Shown: piece by piece, positions 27,171 to 36,371 of the stretch
How positions within the stretch are numbered: the first letter of the stretch is position 1
Layout of the letters: the number at the start of each line of letters is the position of its first letter
DNA from: Candidatus Spongiisocius sp.
GTDB lineage: Bacteria; Actinomycetota; Acidimicrobiia; Spongiisociales; Spongiisociaceae
Reading direction: 5' to 3'
NCBI GenBank assembly: GCA_965203035.1
Contig: OZ241858.1
Coordinates: forward strand, 2,604,838 to 2,668,837
Length of the DNA stretch: 64,000 bases
Translations under genes and position numbers: made by a program
The notes under the pieces: generated by a model
Told to the model about the DNA's origin: nothing
Database searches by the model: none
The model's input: only the letters and a program-made list of their open reading frames with translations

Positions 27171-28442
27171 ATGAACGAGGAGCTCACACCCCACGGCTAC
27201 ATGCCGCGCCTCGTTGACCCCGAAGTCCGATCCATTCTCGAAGGGTCTCCCGGGCTGGTCATCGATGGTCCTAAGAGTTGCGGCAAGACATGGACAGCAT
27301 TACATCACGCCCGCAGTGCAGTGATGCTCGACCGTGACCTTGATGCGCGCCTTGCGGTTGCATTGAACCCGAGCCGCCTACTCGAGGGGCGCTACCCTCG
27401 CCTGCTGGACGAATGGCAGACGGCGCCGGACGTATGGAACGCCGTTCGGGCCGCTTGCGATGACGGAACCGGTCCCGGTCGGTTCATCCTGACCGGCTCG
27501 GCCGTACCGGCCGATGACACCACGAGGCACTCGGGCGCCGGTCGAATCCGACGGATACGGATGCGCCCCATGTCACTGCTGGAGTCCGGCGCGTCAACCG
27601 GCGCGGTCTCGTTCGAGGGGCTTCTCGAGGGCGCGGCATGCGACGCCGGCCGCCCCGACATGGACTTCGGTGGTGTCATCGACTCCGTTTGCCGCGGGGG
27701 CTGGCCTCGCCTCCTCGATCTCACCACGAACCAGACGCAGCAGGAACTCCGGGGGTACCTGGAAGAGTTATGCCGAACCGACATCTCCGCCGTCGATGCG
27801 ACGCCTCGTGATCCGGTCGGTGTCAGCCGCCTACTTGCCTCGTTGGCGCGAAATGTGGCCACCGAAGCATCCGTCTCGAAACTCGCAGCCGACACGGGTG
27901 GGGAGCGACCGGTCAACCGCACCACCGCCAAGGCCTACCTGCAGGCTCTCGAGCGGTTGTTCGTGGTGGAAGACCTGCCACGATGGCCCATCCACCTCCG
28001 CTCCCGCAAGCCACTCCGTGGCGCGCCCAAACGGCATCTGGTCGACCCGTCGCTGGCCGCGGCACGACTCAGGGCCACGCCAGACCGCTTGGCAACCGAA
28101 CTCAGCTACCTCGGGTTTCTGTTCGAGTCGCTGGTCGTGCGGGACCTGCGTATCTACTCGCAGGGCGCCGACTCGGTTGTTTGGCATTACCGGGACGCCG
28201 ACGATCTGGAAGTCGACGCCATAGTCGAGGCCGGTGACGGCCGCTGGATCGCCGTCGAAGTCAAACTGGGCGGTTCCCAACTCATCGATGCCGGCGCATC
28301 CTCCCTGCTGAGACTTCGTGCCAAGGCAGTCGCAGACGGACTCCAGCCACCTGCCAAGCTCTTGGTGGTCACAGCAACCGGTTACGGGTACGAACGGGCC
28401 GACGGAGTGGCGGTCGCACCTGTGACCGCGCTCGGTCCCTGA
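27171..28442 (+). CDS. AAA+ ATPase of the COG1373 / AAA_14 + DUF4143 type (paralogue B)
   Basis: Walker A GPKSCGKTW and RLLDEWQ. The start at 27171 (GGAGA then ATG; MNEELTPHGYMPRLVD) aligns with paralogue A. The track start at 27141 is in frame but overlaps the repeat array. Confidence 0.85.
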   Translation: MNEELTPHGYMPRLVDPEVRSILEGSPGLVIDGPKSCGKTWTALHHARSAVMLDRDLDARLAVALNPSRLLEGRYPRLLDEWQTAPDVWNAVRAACDDGTGPGRFILTGSAVPADDTTRHSGAGRIRRIRMRPMSLLESGASTGAVSFEGLLEGAACDAGRPDMDFGGVIDSVCRGGWPRLLDLTTNQTQQELRGYLEELCRTDISAVDATPRDPVGVSRLLASLARNVATEASVSKLAADTGGERPVNRTTAKAYLQALERLFVVEDLPRWPIHLRSRKPLRGAPKRHLVDPSLAAARLRATPDRLATELSYLGFLFESLVVRDLRIYSQGADSVVWHYRDADDLEVDAIVEAGDGRWIAVEVKLGGSQLIDAGASSLLRLRAKAVADGLQPPAKLLVVTATGYGYERADGVAVAPVTALGP

Positions 28443-28580
28443 CCAAGCCTCGGAGTCGATCTCGACGTACGGGCCTCCATCGGGATAGTGCCGAGGAAGA
28501 CGAGGACAGGTCGACCCGCGAAGCCTCGACCCTGGGTTTCGTTGCCCGGTATCGGGCTGACTGGGCGTTTCAGTACGCTC

Positions 28581-30581
28581 CTAGAGGCCGAGCGTCCACC
28601 AGTGCCTTCGGCGCCGGAGCCGATGGCCGATGAACCTCTCCAGGCTCGCTCTGTGCAACACCGTGCGGTCACCGCCGCTGGAGGCTTCATCGATGAGGGT
28701 GGAGGGGAGGTCGTCCCAACTGAAGCCGCGCCTGCCGAAGGCGTCCCGCTGTTCCCAGACGACGATGTTGTCGCCCTCGATGGTCCAGCCGTTGGGCGTC
28801 TCGCCTTCCCTCCTGGCATAGGCCGGCTCGCGGAGCAGAGATAGGACTCGCGACCTAACCCGGTCATAACGCTTGTCGGCGTAGGCCAGCCACTTCACCT
28901 CCCGGCACCATGGCGGAGCGATACCGCCGGACGCTCCGGCCAGGATCCCGCTGAGGGTGCTCGACGAGACGGCTAGCCAGTCCTCGGGAAGCGGGTCGTC
29001 TTCCAGCCGAGCCATCACGTCGACCAGGTAGCGGCGGTAGAGGTGACCCGTCATCTCCCCGCGTATCTTCCGGACGCGGCTTTGCAGACGCTGCCGGAGT
29101 TGCTCGTCGTGTGCGGGCAGGGCTGTCGTCGTGTAGACGGTCAGGCTTCTCTTCACGATCTCGTCGGGGAATGAATGGGGCTCTGCGTTCATCGACAGTA
29201 CGAACCCCGGGTACTCGGTCACCTGCGGCGGGTACTCGTCTTTGATCAGATCCTTGCCGTGGGTGTTGAAGGCCCTCCGCCCTATGTCGTCGAAGACCAC
29301 GGGGTGGCGCTTGTAGGCATGCTGCAGGCCGCGAAGCTTGGCCGTGGTGAAGCTTCTCTTCTCGACGGTGTGGGGGCGACCGAACATCGACGCCATAAGG
29401 GTGTCCACGAGGCTGGTCTTGCCGCAGTTGGACTTGCCGAAGATGATCGCGAAGGACGGGTATCGCACCACGTCGCTGTCGCGCAGGTGAGCAAGGGAGC
29501 GCAGATCGCAGATCAGGGGTGAGAAGTACAGCCAGGCCATGAAGGTGAAGTAGTCCCGCTGGAGCATCGGCACATCGCCCTCGAAGGCGCCCTCGTAGTT
29601 GCCGAAGAATTGGAGCACCAGCCGGGAGTCGTTCTCCACCGAGGCGCGGTCCCAGTCCAGGGAGAACTTCTCATCCGACAGCACGGCCGTGCGGTTCACC
29701 CGGTCTATCGACAGGAAACGGCTGGCGGCCTCGTCGGTTGACTTGACGAGACGTATGCGGCTTAGCTCACGCTTGATCTTGGGCGTGATCCGCTGCCTTC
29801 CGCCGCGCAACGGCGGTAGCGCGGCTGACAGGCGAGGTCTCAGCACGCTCGCCACCTTCTCGATCCGCTCCACCTGCGCCGGCGCGGAGACTTCGGCGTC
29901 GGCGGGTACGATCGGCTCGATGACCACGGTCGTGGAGTCGTCCGACAGCACCGGCGCCTGGGGTACCTCGATCTCGGTGCGGACGATCCGCTGCTCGGGC
30001 AGCGCTATCTCGTCGGAACCCGAGTCGCGGATCGTGTCGAACATGCGGCCGTAGTGATGCCATGCCTGCTCGTCGTCATCGAACACGACCAGTGTCTCGG
30101 GCTGCTGTCCCCCGAAGGCCCGCTCGGAGAGGTTGGCGGATCCGACGATCACACGCGTCCGGTCGCCGCCGGCCAGCAGGAACAACTTGGCGTGGGCAAC
30201 CGAGTTGCGCAGCACGCGGAAGGTTGCCTGCCCCGCGGTCACCTTCGCGAGGATGCGATGGTGCCTCTCGTCCTTCAGACCCATGATCGCTGTGCGCGTC
30301 CCATCGGTGGCGACCTTCTGGAAGGCGAGCACGTCGACCATGTTCCCGAGCGTCGCCTCGGACCCGAAGACGCATTCGAACCTCGCGAAGGAGAAGTCGT
30401 CCAACATCTTGACGATTGCTCCGGCGCTGGCCGAATAGGTCAGGACTCTGAGGCTCTCGAAACCCTCGAAGAGGGTCCAGTCGAACTTCTCCTCCTCCAG
30501 ATACCTGGCTCTGACAACCCGGAGCCCGGCGCCGTCATCCAACCCAAGCGTCGGCGTCGGCGAAGATTCCAACTTCGGCAC
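28581..30581 (-). CDS. PLD/HKD-family nuclease domain fused to a P-loop (SF3/AAA-like) NTPase; unassigned, candidate defence effector
   Basis: 666 aa. Motifs are VAHAKLFLLAGGDRTRVIVGSANLS (aa 128-152), Walker A AIIFGKSNCGKTSLV (aa 378-392), Walker B HPVVFDD (aa 426-432) and FVLSMN (aa 460-465). Confidence 0.8.
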   Translation of the reverse strand: MPKLESSPTPTLGLDDGAGLRVVRARYLEEEKFDWTLFEGFESLRVLTYSASAGAIVKMLDDFSFARFECVFGSEATLGNMVDVLAFQKVATDGTRTAIMGLKDERHHRILAKVTAGQATFRVLRNSVAHAKLFLLAGGDRTRVIVGSANLSERAFGGQQPETLVVFDDDEQAWHHYGRMFDTIRDSGSDEIALPEQRIVRTEIEVPQAPVLSDDSTTVVIEPIVPADAEVSAPAQVERIEKVASVLRPRLSAALPPLRGGRQRITPKIKRELSRIRLVKSTDEAASRFLSIDRVNRTAVLSDEKFSLDWDRASVENDSRLVLQFFGNYEGAFEGDVPMLQRDYFTFMAWLYFSPLICDLRSLAHLRDSDVVRYPSFAIIFGKSNCGKTSLVDTLMASMFGRPHTVEKRSFTTAKLRGLQHAYKRHPVVFDDIGRRAFNTHGKDLIKDEYPPQVTEYPGFVLSMNAEPHSFPDEIVKRSLTVYTTTALPAHDEQLRQRLQSRVRKIRGEMTGHLYRRYLVDVMARLEDDPLPEDWLAVSSSTLSGILAGASGGIAPPWCREVKWLAYADKRYDRVRSRVLSLLREPAYARREGETPNGWTIEGDNIVVWEQRDAFGRRGFSWDDLPSTLIDEASSGGDRTVLHRASLERFIGHRLRRRRHWWTLGL

Positions 30582-30624
30582 CGGCCGGAGTCCTTTCCAT
30601 TCGGGGGATTCGGACGATATCAGT

Positions 30625-30639
30625 GGCGTGTGACACGCC
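30625..30639. terminator. short hairpin ggcgtg-tga-cacgcc just after the secA stop
   Basis: Perfect 6-bp inverted repeat 5 nt downstream of the secA stop codon. It is weak and has no clear U-tract. Confidence 0.3.
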
Positions 30640-30644
30640 GATTC

Positions 30645-33296
30645 CTATCGGGCGCGGGCGGCCGCCATGCAGTCAGGGGTCTTGGAGCACCGCTTGGCCT
30701 TGAGGCCCGACCCGCACGGACACGGGGCGTTGCGCCCCACCTTGGCCGACTTGGCCTGCTTGGGCCGCCGCGGTCCCGAACCCGCAGTGACGTTGAGCCG
30801 GGGTCGGGCCCGGCGCCGGGCCTCCGCCACCTCGACCCGGTACAGGTAGCGAGCGGTGTCACGCTTCACGGAGTCCACCAGGTAGCTGAACATCTCGTAG
30901 CCCTCGCGGCGGTACTCGGTCAGGGGATCCCGCTGTCCCATCGCCCTCAGGCCGATCCCGGCCCGCAGGTAGTCCATCTCCGACAGGTGATCCCGCCACT
31001 TGTTGTCGATGATCGATAGGGCGAGACCCTGCTCGATGCGGCGCATCACCTCGGGAGTCAGCTCGCTCTCCCGCTCCTCGAAGCGGCGAACCGCGTCATC
31101 GGCAACCACCTCGACCACCTCGTCGACAGACCTGGCCGCAGCCGCCAGGTCACCGGGTGACAGATCGGACGAGTACAGGACCTGGAGTTCCCTGAGCAAT
31201 CCGTCCCAGTCCCATTCCGACGGGGGCAGGTCCTCGGGCAGGCCGTCCCTGACGGTGGCCTCGACCGACTCCTCCACCCACTCCACCACCAGGTCCCGGC
31301 TCTTCCGGGTGCGAAGGATGCTGTCCCGCCACTCGTAGATCACCTCGCGCTGGCGGTTCATCACCTCGTCGTACTTGAGGACGTTCTTCCGGATCTCGAA
31401 GTTCTGCGACTCGACCTGCGACTGGGCCCGCTCCACGGCCTTGGTGACCATCTTCGCCTCGATCGGGACCTCGTCCGGCATCCTGAGGCGCTCCATGATC
31501 GTGCTGACCCGATCGCTGGCGAACCTCCTCATCAGGTCATCGCCCAGGGAGAGGTAGAAGCGTGACTCCCCCGGATCGCCCTGACGCCCCGACCGTCCCC
31601 GGAGCTGGTTGTCGATCCGGCGGCTCTCGTGGCGCTCGGTCCCGAGCACGTAGAGACCCCCGGCCTCCAGCACCTGCCGGCGGGTCTCCTCGGTCCCGGC
31701 CTGATTGGTCTCGAGCAGTTCCCGGTATTCCCTCTCCCAGGAAGGAGTGTCCGGCGGCAGGTCGGGGCGCTTCCGCATGGCGGCGCGCGCCAAGCCCTCC
31801 GGGTTGCCGCCCAACTGGATGTCGACGCCGCGGCCGGCCATGTTGGTGGCCACCGTGACCGCCCCGGGCCGGCCGGCCTGGGCGATGATCTCGGCCTCCC
31901 GGGCGTGGTGCTTGGCGTTCAGGACCTCATGGGATATTCCCCGCCTCGCCAGCAATCTGGACACCCGTTCGGACTTCTCGATCGAGACCGTGCCCACCAG
32001 CACCGGCTGGCCCGCCCGGTGGCGCTCCTCGATGTCCTCGGCCAGCGCCAGGTACTTGGCGTCCTCGGTCTTGTAGATCACATCGGGCTGGTCGACCCTC
32101 GCAACCGAGACGTGGGTGGGAACCTCCATGACCTCCAACCCGTAGATCTGCGAGAACTCGGAGGCCTCGGTCATGGCGGTGCCGGTCATCCCCGCCAGCT
32201 TGCCGTAGAGGCGGAAGTAGTTCTGGAGGGTGATCGCCGCCAGGGTCTGGTTCTCCTCCTTGATCCGGACTCCCTCCTTGGCCTCGATGGCCTGGTGGAG
32301 ACCTTCCGAATAGCGGCGGCCTTCGAGAACCCGCCCGGTGAACTCGTCGACGATCATCACCTGGCCCTGCGAGACCAGGTACTCGACGTCGCGGTTGTAG
32401 AGCGCCTTGGCCCGGAGCGCCTGCTCGAGATGGTGGACGAAGTCGACCGCGGCATGGTCGTACATGTTCTCCACGCCCAGCATCCGCTCGACCTGGGCAA
32501 CACCGTCCTCGGTGGTCAGCACCTGCCGCTTGCCGTAGTCGACCTCGTAGTGGGCCCCTTCCCGGAGACCCCGCACCAGCCGGGCGAACTCCCGGTACCA
32601 GCGGGCGTTGTCGCCCACCTGCCCGGAGATGATGAGGGGGGTGCGGGCCTCGTCCACCAGGATCGAGTCCACCTCATCCACGATGCCGAAGCTATGGCCG
32701 CGCTGTACCCGGAGATGCATGGACATGGCCATGTTGTCGCGCAGGTAGTCGAATCCGAACTCGTTGTTCGTGCCGTAGGTGACGTCCGCCTCGTAGGCGG
32801 GCTTGCGCGAGGCCGGATCGTCGCCCGCCTGGATGAGGCCCACGGAGAGGCCGAGCATCCGGTAGATGCCGCCCATCCACTCCGCATCTCGGGAAGCCAG
32901 GTAGTCGTTGACGGTCACGACATGCACCCCGGCCCCGGCGAGGGCGTTCAGGTAGACCGGCATGGTGGAGACGAGCGTCTTGCCCTCGCCGGTCCGCATC
33001 TCGGCGATCATGCCACGGTGGAGAGCTCCGGCGCCGATCACCTGGACGTCGTAGTGACGCTGGCCGAGCGTCCGCTTGGCGGCCTCCCGGACCGTGGCGA
33101 AGGCTTCCACCTCCAGATCGTCCAAGGATTCTCCGGATTCGAGACGCTCCCGGAACTCGACGGTCTTGCCGGCGAGAGCGGCGTCTTCGAGTTCCTCCAA
33201 CTGCGGCTCCATCCGGTTGACACGCTCCGCCAGGGCTTGGAGGGTCTTCAGGTTCTTGGACTCACCGGCGCGCAGCACCTTGCTGAGCAGCGACAT
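30645..33296 (-). CDS. secA: preprotein translocase ATPase SecA
   Basis: 883 aa with MRTGEGKTL Walker A and the DEVDSILVDEARTPLIISG motif. C-terminal zinc finger CPCGSGLKAKRC. Confidence 0.97.
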   Translation of the reverse strand: MSLLSKVLRAGESKNLKTLQALAERVNRMEPQLEELEDAALAGKTVEFRERLESGESLDDLEVEAFATVREAAKRTLGQRHYDVQVIGAGALHRGMIAEMRTGEGKTLVSTMPVYLNALAGAGVHVVTVNDYLASRDAEWMGGIYRMLGLSVGLIQAGDDPASRKPAYEADVTYGTNNEFGFDYLRDNMAMSMHLRVQRGHSFGIVDEVDSILVDEARTPLIISGQVGDNARWYREFARLVRGLREGAHYEVDYGKRQVLTTEDGVAQVERMLGVENMYDHAAVDFVHHLEQALRAKALYNRDVEYLVSQGQVMIVDEFTGRVLEGRRYSEGLHQAIEAKEGVRIKEENQTLAAITLQNYFRLYGKLAGMTGTAMTEASEFSQIYGLEVMEVPTHVSVARVDQPDVIYKTEDAKYLALAEDIEERHRAGQPVLVGTVSIEKSERVSRLLARRGISHEVLNAKHHAREAEIIAQAGRPGAVTVATNMAGRGVDIQLGGNPEGLARAAMRKRPDLPPDTPSWEREYRELLETNQAGTEETRRQVLEAGGLYVLGTERHESRRIDNQLRGRSGRQGDPGESRFYLSLGDDLMRRFASDRVSTIMERLRMPDEVPIEAKMVTKAVERAQSQVESQNFEIRKNVLKYDEVMNRQREVIYEWRDSILRTRKSRDLVVEWVEESVEATVRDGLPEDLPPSEWDWDGLLRELQVLYSSDLSPGDLAAAARSVDEVVEVVADDAVRRFEERESELTPEVMRRIEQGLALSIIDNKWRDHLSEMDYLRAGIGLRAMGQRDPLTEYRREGYEMFSYLVDSVKRDTARYLYRVEVAEARRRARPRLNVTAGSGPRRPKQAKSAKVGRNAPCPCGSGLKAKRCSKTPDCMAAARAR

Positions 33297-33307
33297 GTTC
33301 CCCGTTT

Positions 33308-33355
33308 CTCGTGTAGCAGGCAGGACTCGTGTAGCAGGCAGGGCTCGTCAGGACG
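33308..33355. repeat. 18-bp tandem repeat (2.7 copies) in the secA 5' leader
   Basis: ctcgtgtagcaggcagga / ctcgtgtagcaggcaggg / ctcgtcaggacg, starting 12 nt upstream of the secA ATG. Confidence 0.85.
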
Positions 33356-33595
33356 ACCCGCCGAGAGTCATGCTATTCGCCCCCGGAGCGTCTGTGAACC
33401 CCCTCATCGGCGCGCCGATGGTAAGCGCAACACGCTGCGCCTTCGCATGCGGGCCACGGGTGGTCATGGCCCGGGCTCGCGTTCTTGCCTCGCGGCGCCA
33501 GGCTGGGACACCTCGGCCGTCCGGGGTAGTCGTCCCGACTCCCTGACGTGGTTACTGCCATCGAAACGTGGCAATCGGGTCACAGCGTCAGACCG

Positions 33596-34147
33596 CTATG
33601 CCGGCTCGATCAACTCCAGCCGCCCGCCTGCGGACAGGTAGAGAACGTTGAGATCCCCGGTTTCGACGTTGGAGAAGAGGACCACCGCCTCTCCCTCCTC
33701 CTCCATGACGATTGCGGCCTCCTCGGGGGTCATCGGCTTGCCGACCGGCCGACGCACCCGGGAGATGGAGGGATACCGCTCGTCGGGTTGATCGGAACGC
33801 CGGCGAGGACCGCCGGCGCGCACTTCGGGCTTGGGCCGATGGCGGCGGCGGTCGCTGAGCCTCCGAGAGAGCCGGCGCAGCCTGCGTTCGAAGTGGTCCG
33901 ATGCGGCGTCGACGGAACGGCGTACGGTGTCGCCCTCCCCCGTCGCCCTGACCAGCTGGCCGGCCGCCCGGGCGGACAGCTCGGCCCGGAAGCGGTGATC
34001 GCTGTCGTGGCTCTTGACCCTGGTGAGGCGCACATCGACATCACCGAGGCGGTCGAAGAACTTGGCCGTCCGGTTGACGCGCTCCACTGCGTGGGCGCGG
34101 GTCTCATCGGTCAGCCGGATTCCTCGCCCTCTCATCCGGACCTCCAT
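33596..34147 (-). CDS. hpf: ribosome hibernation-promoting factor (long HPF)
   Basis: 183 aa with an N-terminal S30AE/RaiA-like domain, a basic linker and a C-terminal dimerisation domain (VVLFSNVETGDLNVLY). The start may be the internal Met at 34135. Confidence 0.85.
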   Translation of the reverse strand: MEVRMRGRGIRLTDETRAHAVERVNRTAKFFDRLGDVDVRLTRVKSHDSDHRFRAELSARAAGQLVRATGEGDTVRRSVDAASDHFERRLRRLSRRLSDRRRHRPKPEVRAGGPRRRSDQPDERYPSISRVRRPVGKPMTPEEAAIVMEEEGEAVVLFSNVETGDLNVLYLSAGGRLELIEPA

Positions 34148-34760
34148 GAGCCGATCCTAGCCGCCCGCCGCCCCCACCCGACCGGGATCGGGTGAGCGTG
34201 ATCGCCGAGGAGACAGCGCCCCGGCAGGCTCCCGCCGCCGAACTCAGCGTGGCGCCGGTGGTCAGCACATCGTCCACCAGCACCGCTCCCCAGGGCGGGC
34301 GCGCCACCGCCCGGAACCGCAGGCCGCCACGGCGCCTGGTCCGGATCTGGCTCTTGTGGAGCAGGGGGGCGCGCAGCACGTCTGCCACCGGCAGGCCGGC
34401 CGTCCGGCCAAGTGCCCTGGCCAACGCCCTGCCGGGGTCGGTGCCGAACCTGGCCCGGCGAGGCAGCGATCTGGGTACCGGCACCAGGGCGGTAGCACCG
34501 GCGGGAAGTAGATCGACCATGAAAGGCGCCAGTCCCGAGGCGACGCGGTCGGCTCCCCGGTACTTCATGGCGTGGACAGCGCTGCGGATCGGACCGTCGT
34601 GAACCAGTAACGAGCGCACCAGCACGCCCGACGGGAGCCTCACCTCGCCGCCGGGTTGCAGGGAGGCCTCGCAGGCGGGGCAGACCGCCGACCGCTCCGT
34701 CGATCTCCTCCGGGGAGTCCTTGCCGATGGGTTCCACCACCCGCACACCACGCACACCAT
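34104..34760 (-). CDS. comF: ComF-family phosphoribosyltransferase-domain protein
   Basis: 218 aa with N-terminal Cys pairs (CVVCG ... CPACE) and a C-terminal PRTase motif (VLVDDVLTTGAT). Confidence 0.8.
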   Translation of the reverse strand: MVCVVCGWWNPSARTPRRRSTERSAVCPACEASLQPGGEVRLPSGVLVRSLLVHDGPIRSAVHAMKYRGADRVASGLAPFMVDLLPAGATALVPVPRSLPRRARFGTDPGRALARALGRTAGLPVADVLRAPLLHKSQIRTRRRGGLRFRAVARPPWGAVLVDDVLTTGATLSSAAGACRGAVSSAITLTRSRSGGGGGRLGSAHGGPDERARNPADR

Positions 34761-34816
34761 GCCCCTGTTCTATAGGGACCCTGTGACAGTTTCCCGTGGC
34801 GGCGGGACCCAGGACG

Positions 34817-36175
34817 TCAGGAGGAGTCGATCACGCCCCGTACCCGGTCCACGAGCTCGTCCAGCGACCCGGAATCGGGCGCTTCGGCGTTGAGGCGGAG
34901 CAACTGTTCGGTGTTGGAGGGCCGGACGTTGAACCAGCTGTCTCCCAGGTCGACCGTCAGCCCGTCGAGCCGGTCCGGAGAGGCGCCGGAGAAGGCGGAC
35001 TCCACTGCCCGGAGCGCAGCGGTCGGGTCGGTCACCACAAAGTTGATCTCACCCGACATGGCGTACGGCTCGTAGCCGCGCCTCAGCTCGGACAGGGGGA
35101 CGCCGGCCCCGGTCAGGACGGTCAGCAGCACCAGCATGGCCAGGGTCGCGCTGTCCGCCCCGTAGTTGTCGCCGAAGTAGTAGTGGCCCGAGTGCTCACC
35201 CCCGAAGACCGCATCCTCCTCCGCCATGACCGCCTTGATGAACGAATGGCCCACCCGGGTGCGGACCGGCACTCCCCCCGCGGACCGGACGGCTTCGGCC
35301 ACGCTCCTCGAGCAGATCAGGTTGTGGACGATCCGGGCACCCGGTCGCCGGGCCAGGAACCAGCGCGCGATGATGGCGGTGGTGGTGCTCCCCGGGAGGG
35401 GAACTCCCTGCTCGTCCACGAACACCGCCCGATCGGCGTCCCCGTCGAAGGCCACCCCCACGTCGGCCTCCTGCTCGCGCACCAGGTGGACCAGGTCGGT
35501 GAGGTTATCGGGATCGAGAGGGTCGGCCGGATGGTTGGGAAAGGTACCGTCCGGCTCCAGGTAGAGGCCCATCAAGGTGGACGAGGGCAAATGCCGGAAG
35601 AGCCGGTTGACCACCGGCCCGGCCATCCCGTTCCCCCCGTCGACCGCCACCCGCAGCTCCCCGATACCGGCCGGGTCGACGATTCCGAACACATGCTCGA
35701 GGTAGCCGGGCAGAGCGTCATGGTGGGTAATGCCGCCCCGGGATGCGGGGCGGGAGTCCCCGGTCCACGAACGGGCGATGTCCCGGATCTGCTCCAATCC
35801 CGAACCCGATCCGATCGGCGCCGCCCCGCGATGGCAGAACTTGAGTCCGTTGTAACCGGCCGGGTTGTGGGAAGCGGTGACGACAGCTCCCGGTATCCGG
35901 TGCCGGCCCGAGTAGTAATAGACGACCTCGGTGGGAACCAGGCCCAGGTCGATGACATCGCACCCCTGAGATGTGATCCCTTCCTGGAAGGCCGTCGCCA
36001 ACGATTCCGAGGAAGGCCGGCAGTCGCGTCCCACAGCTACCGTCCGGGTGCCCGTGACCCGGGCGAGACCCACTCCGATGCGTTCGGCGATCTCCTCGTC
36101 GAGTTCCCCCCTATCCACCCGACCCCGTACGTCGTAGGCCTTGAAGATTCGGTCGAAAGGGTCGGGGCTTCCCAA
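34817..36175 (-). CDS. manB: phosphomannomutase/phosphoglucomutase
   Basis: 452 aa with the active-site loop VVTASHNPAGYNGLK and the Mg site FDGDADR. Confidence 0.9.
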   Translation of the reverse strand: MGSPDPFDRIFKAYDVRGRVDRGELDEEIAERIGVGLARVTGTRTVAVGRDCRPSSESLATAFQEGITSQGCDVIDLGLVPTEVVYYYSGRHRIPGAVVTASHNPAGYNGLKFCHRGAAPIGSGSGLEQIRDIARSWTGDSRPASRGGITHHDALPGYLEHVFGIVDPAGIGELRVAVDGGNGMAGPVVNRLFRHLPSSTLMGLYLEPDGTFPNHPADPLDPDNLTDLVHLVREQEADVGVAFDGDADRAVFVDEQGVPLPGSTTTAIIARWFLARRPGARIVHNLICSRSVAEAVRSAGGVPVRTRVGHSFIKAVMAEEDAVFGGEHSGHYYFGDNYGADSATLAMLVLLTVLTGAGVPLSELRRGYEPYAMSGEINFVVTDPTAALRAVESAFSGASPDRLDGLTVDLGDSWFNVRPSNTEQLLRLNAEAPDSGSLDELVDRVRGVIDSS

Positions 36176-36371
36176 AAGACATCCTGAACTAGTGGTCCGT
36201 CTGCGAATTAGCTAGGCGTGCTCTGCTTGCCATCGGAATACCACACCTCCACTCCACAGACAGATCACAGTGGTCTGTAACGGCAGGCCGGCTCCGTTCC
36301 CGGCAGGCATGAGCACGACTCTTTTGCGGCGGTAGCCGGTTCCGATCCTACACTCGCGCCCGGTAACGACC

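Noticed and set aside
12836-28442. Idea that the two inverted COG1373 ATPase paralogues are the ends of a composite mobile element.
   Set aside because: The interval contains core genes (ssrA, smpB, ftsEX, prfB). The paralogues are well diverged at the protein level. No transposase or identical terminal DNA repeats were seen.
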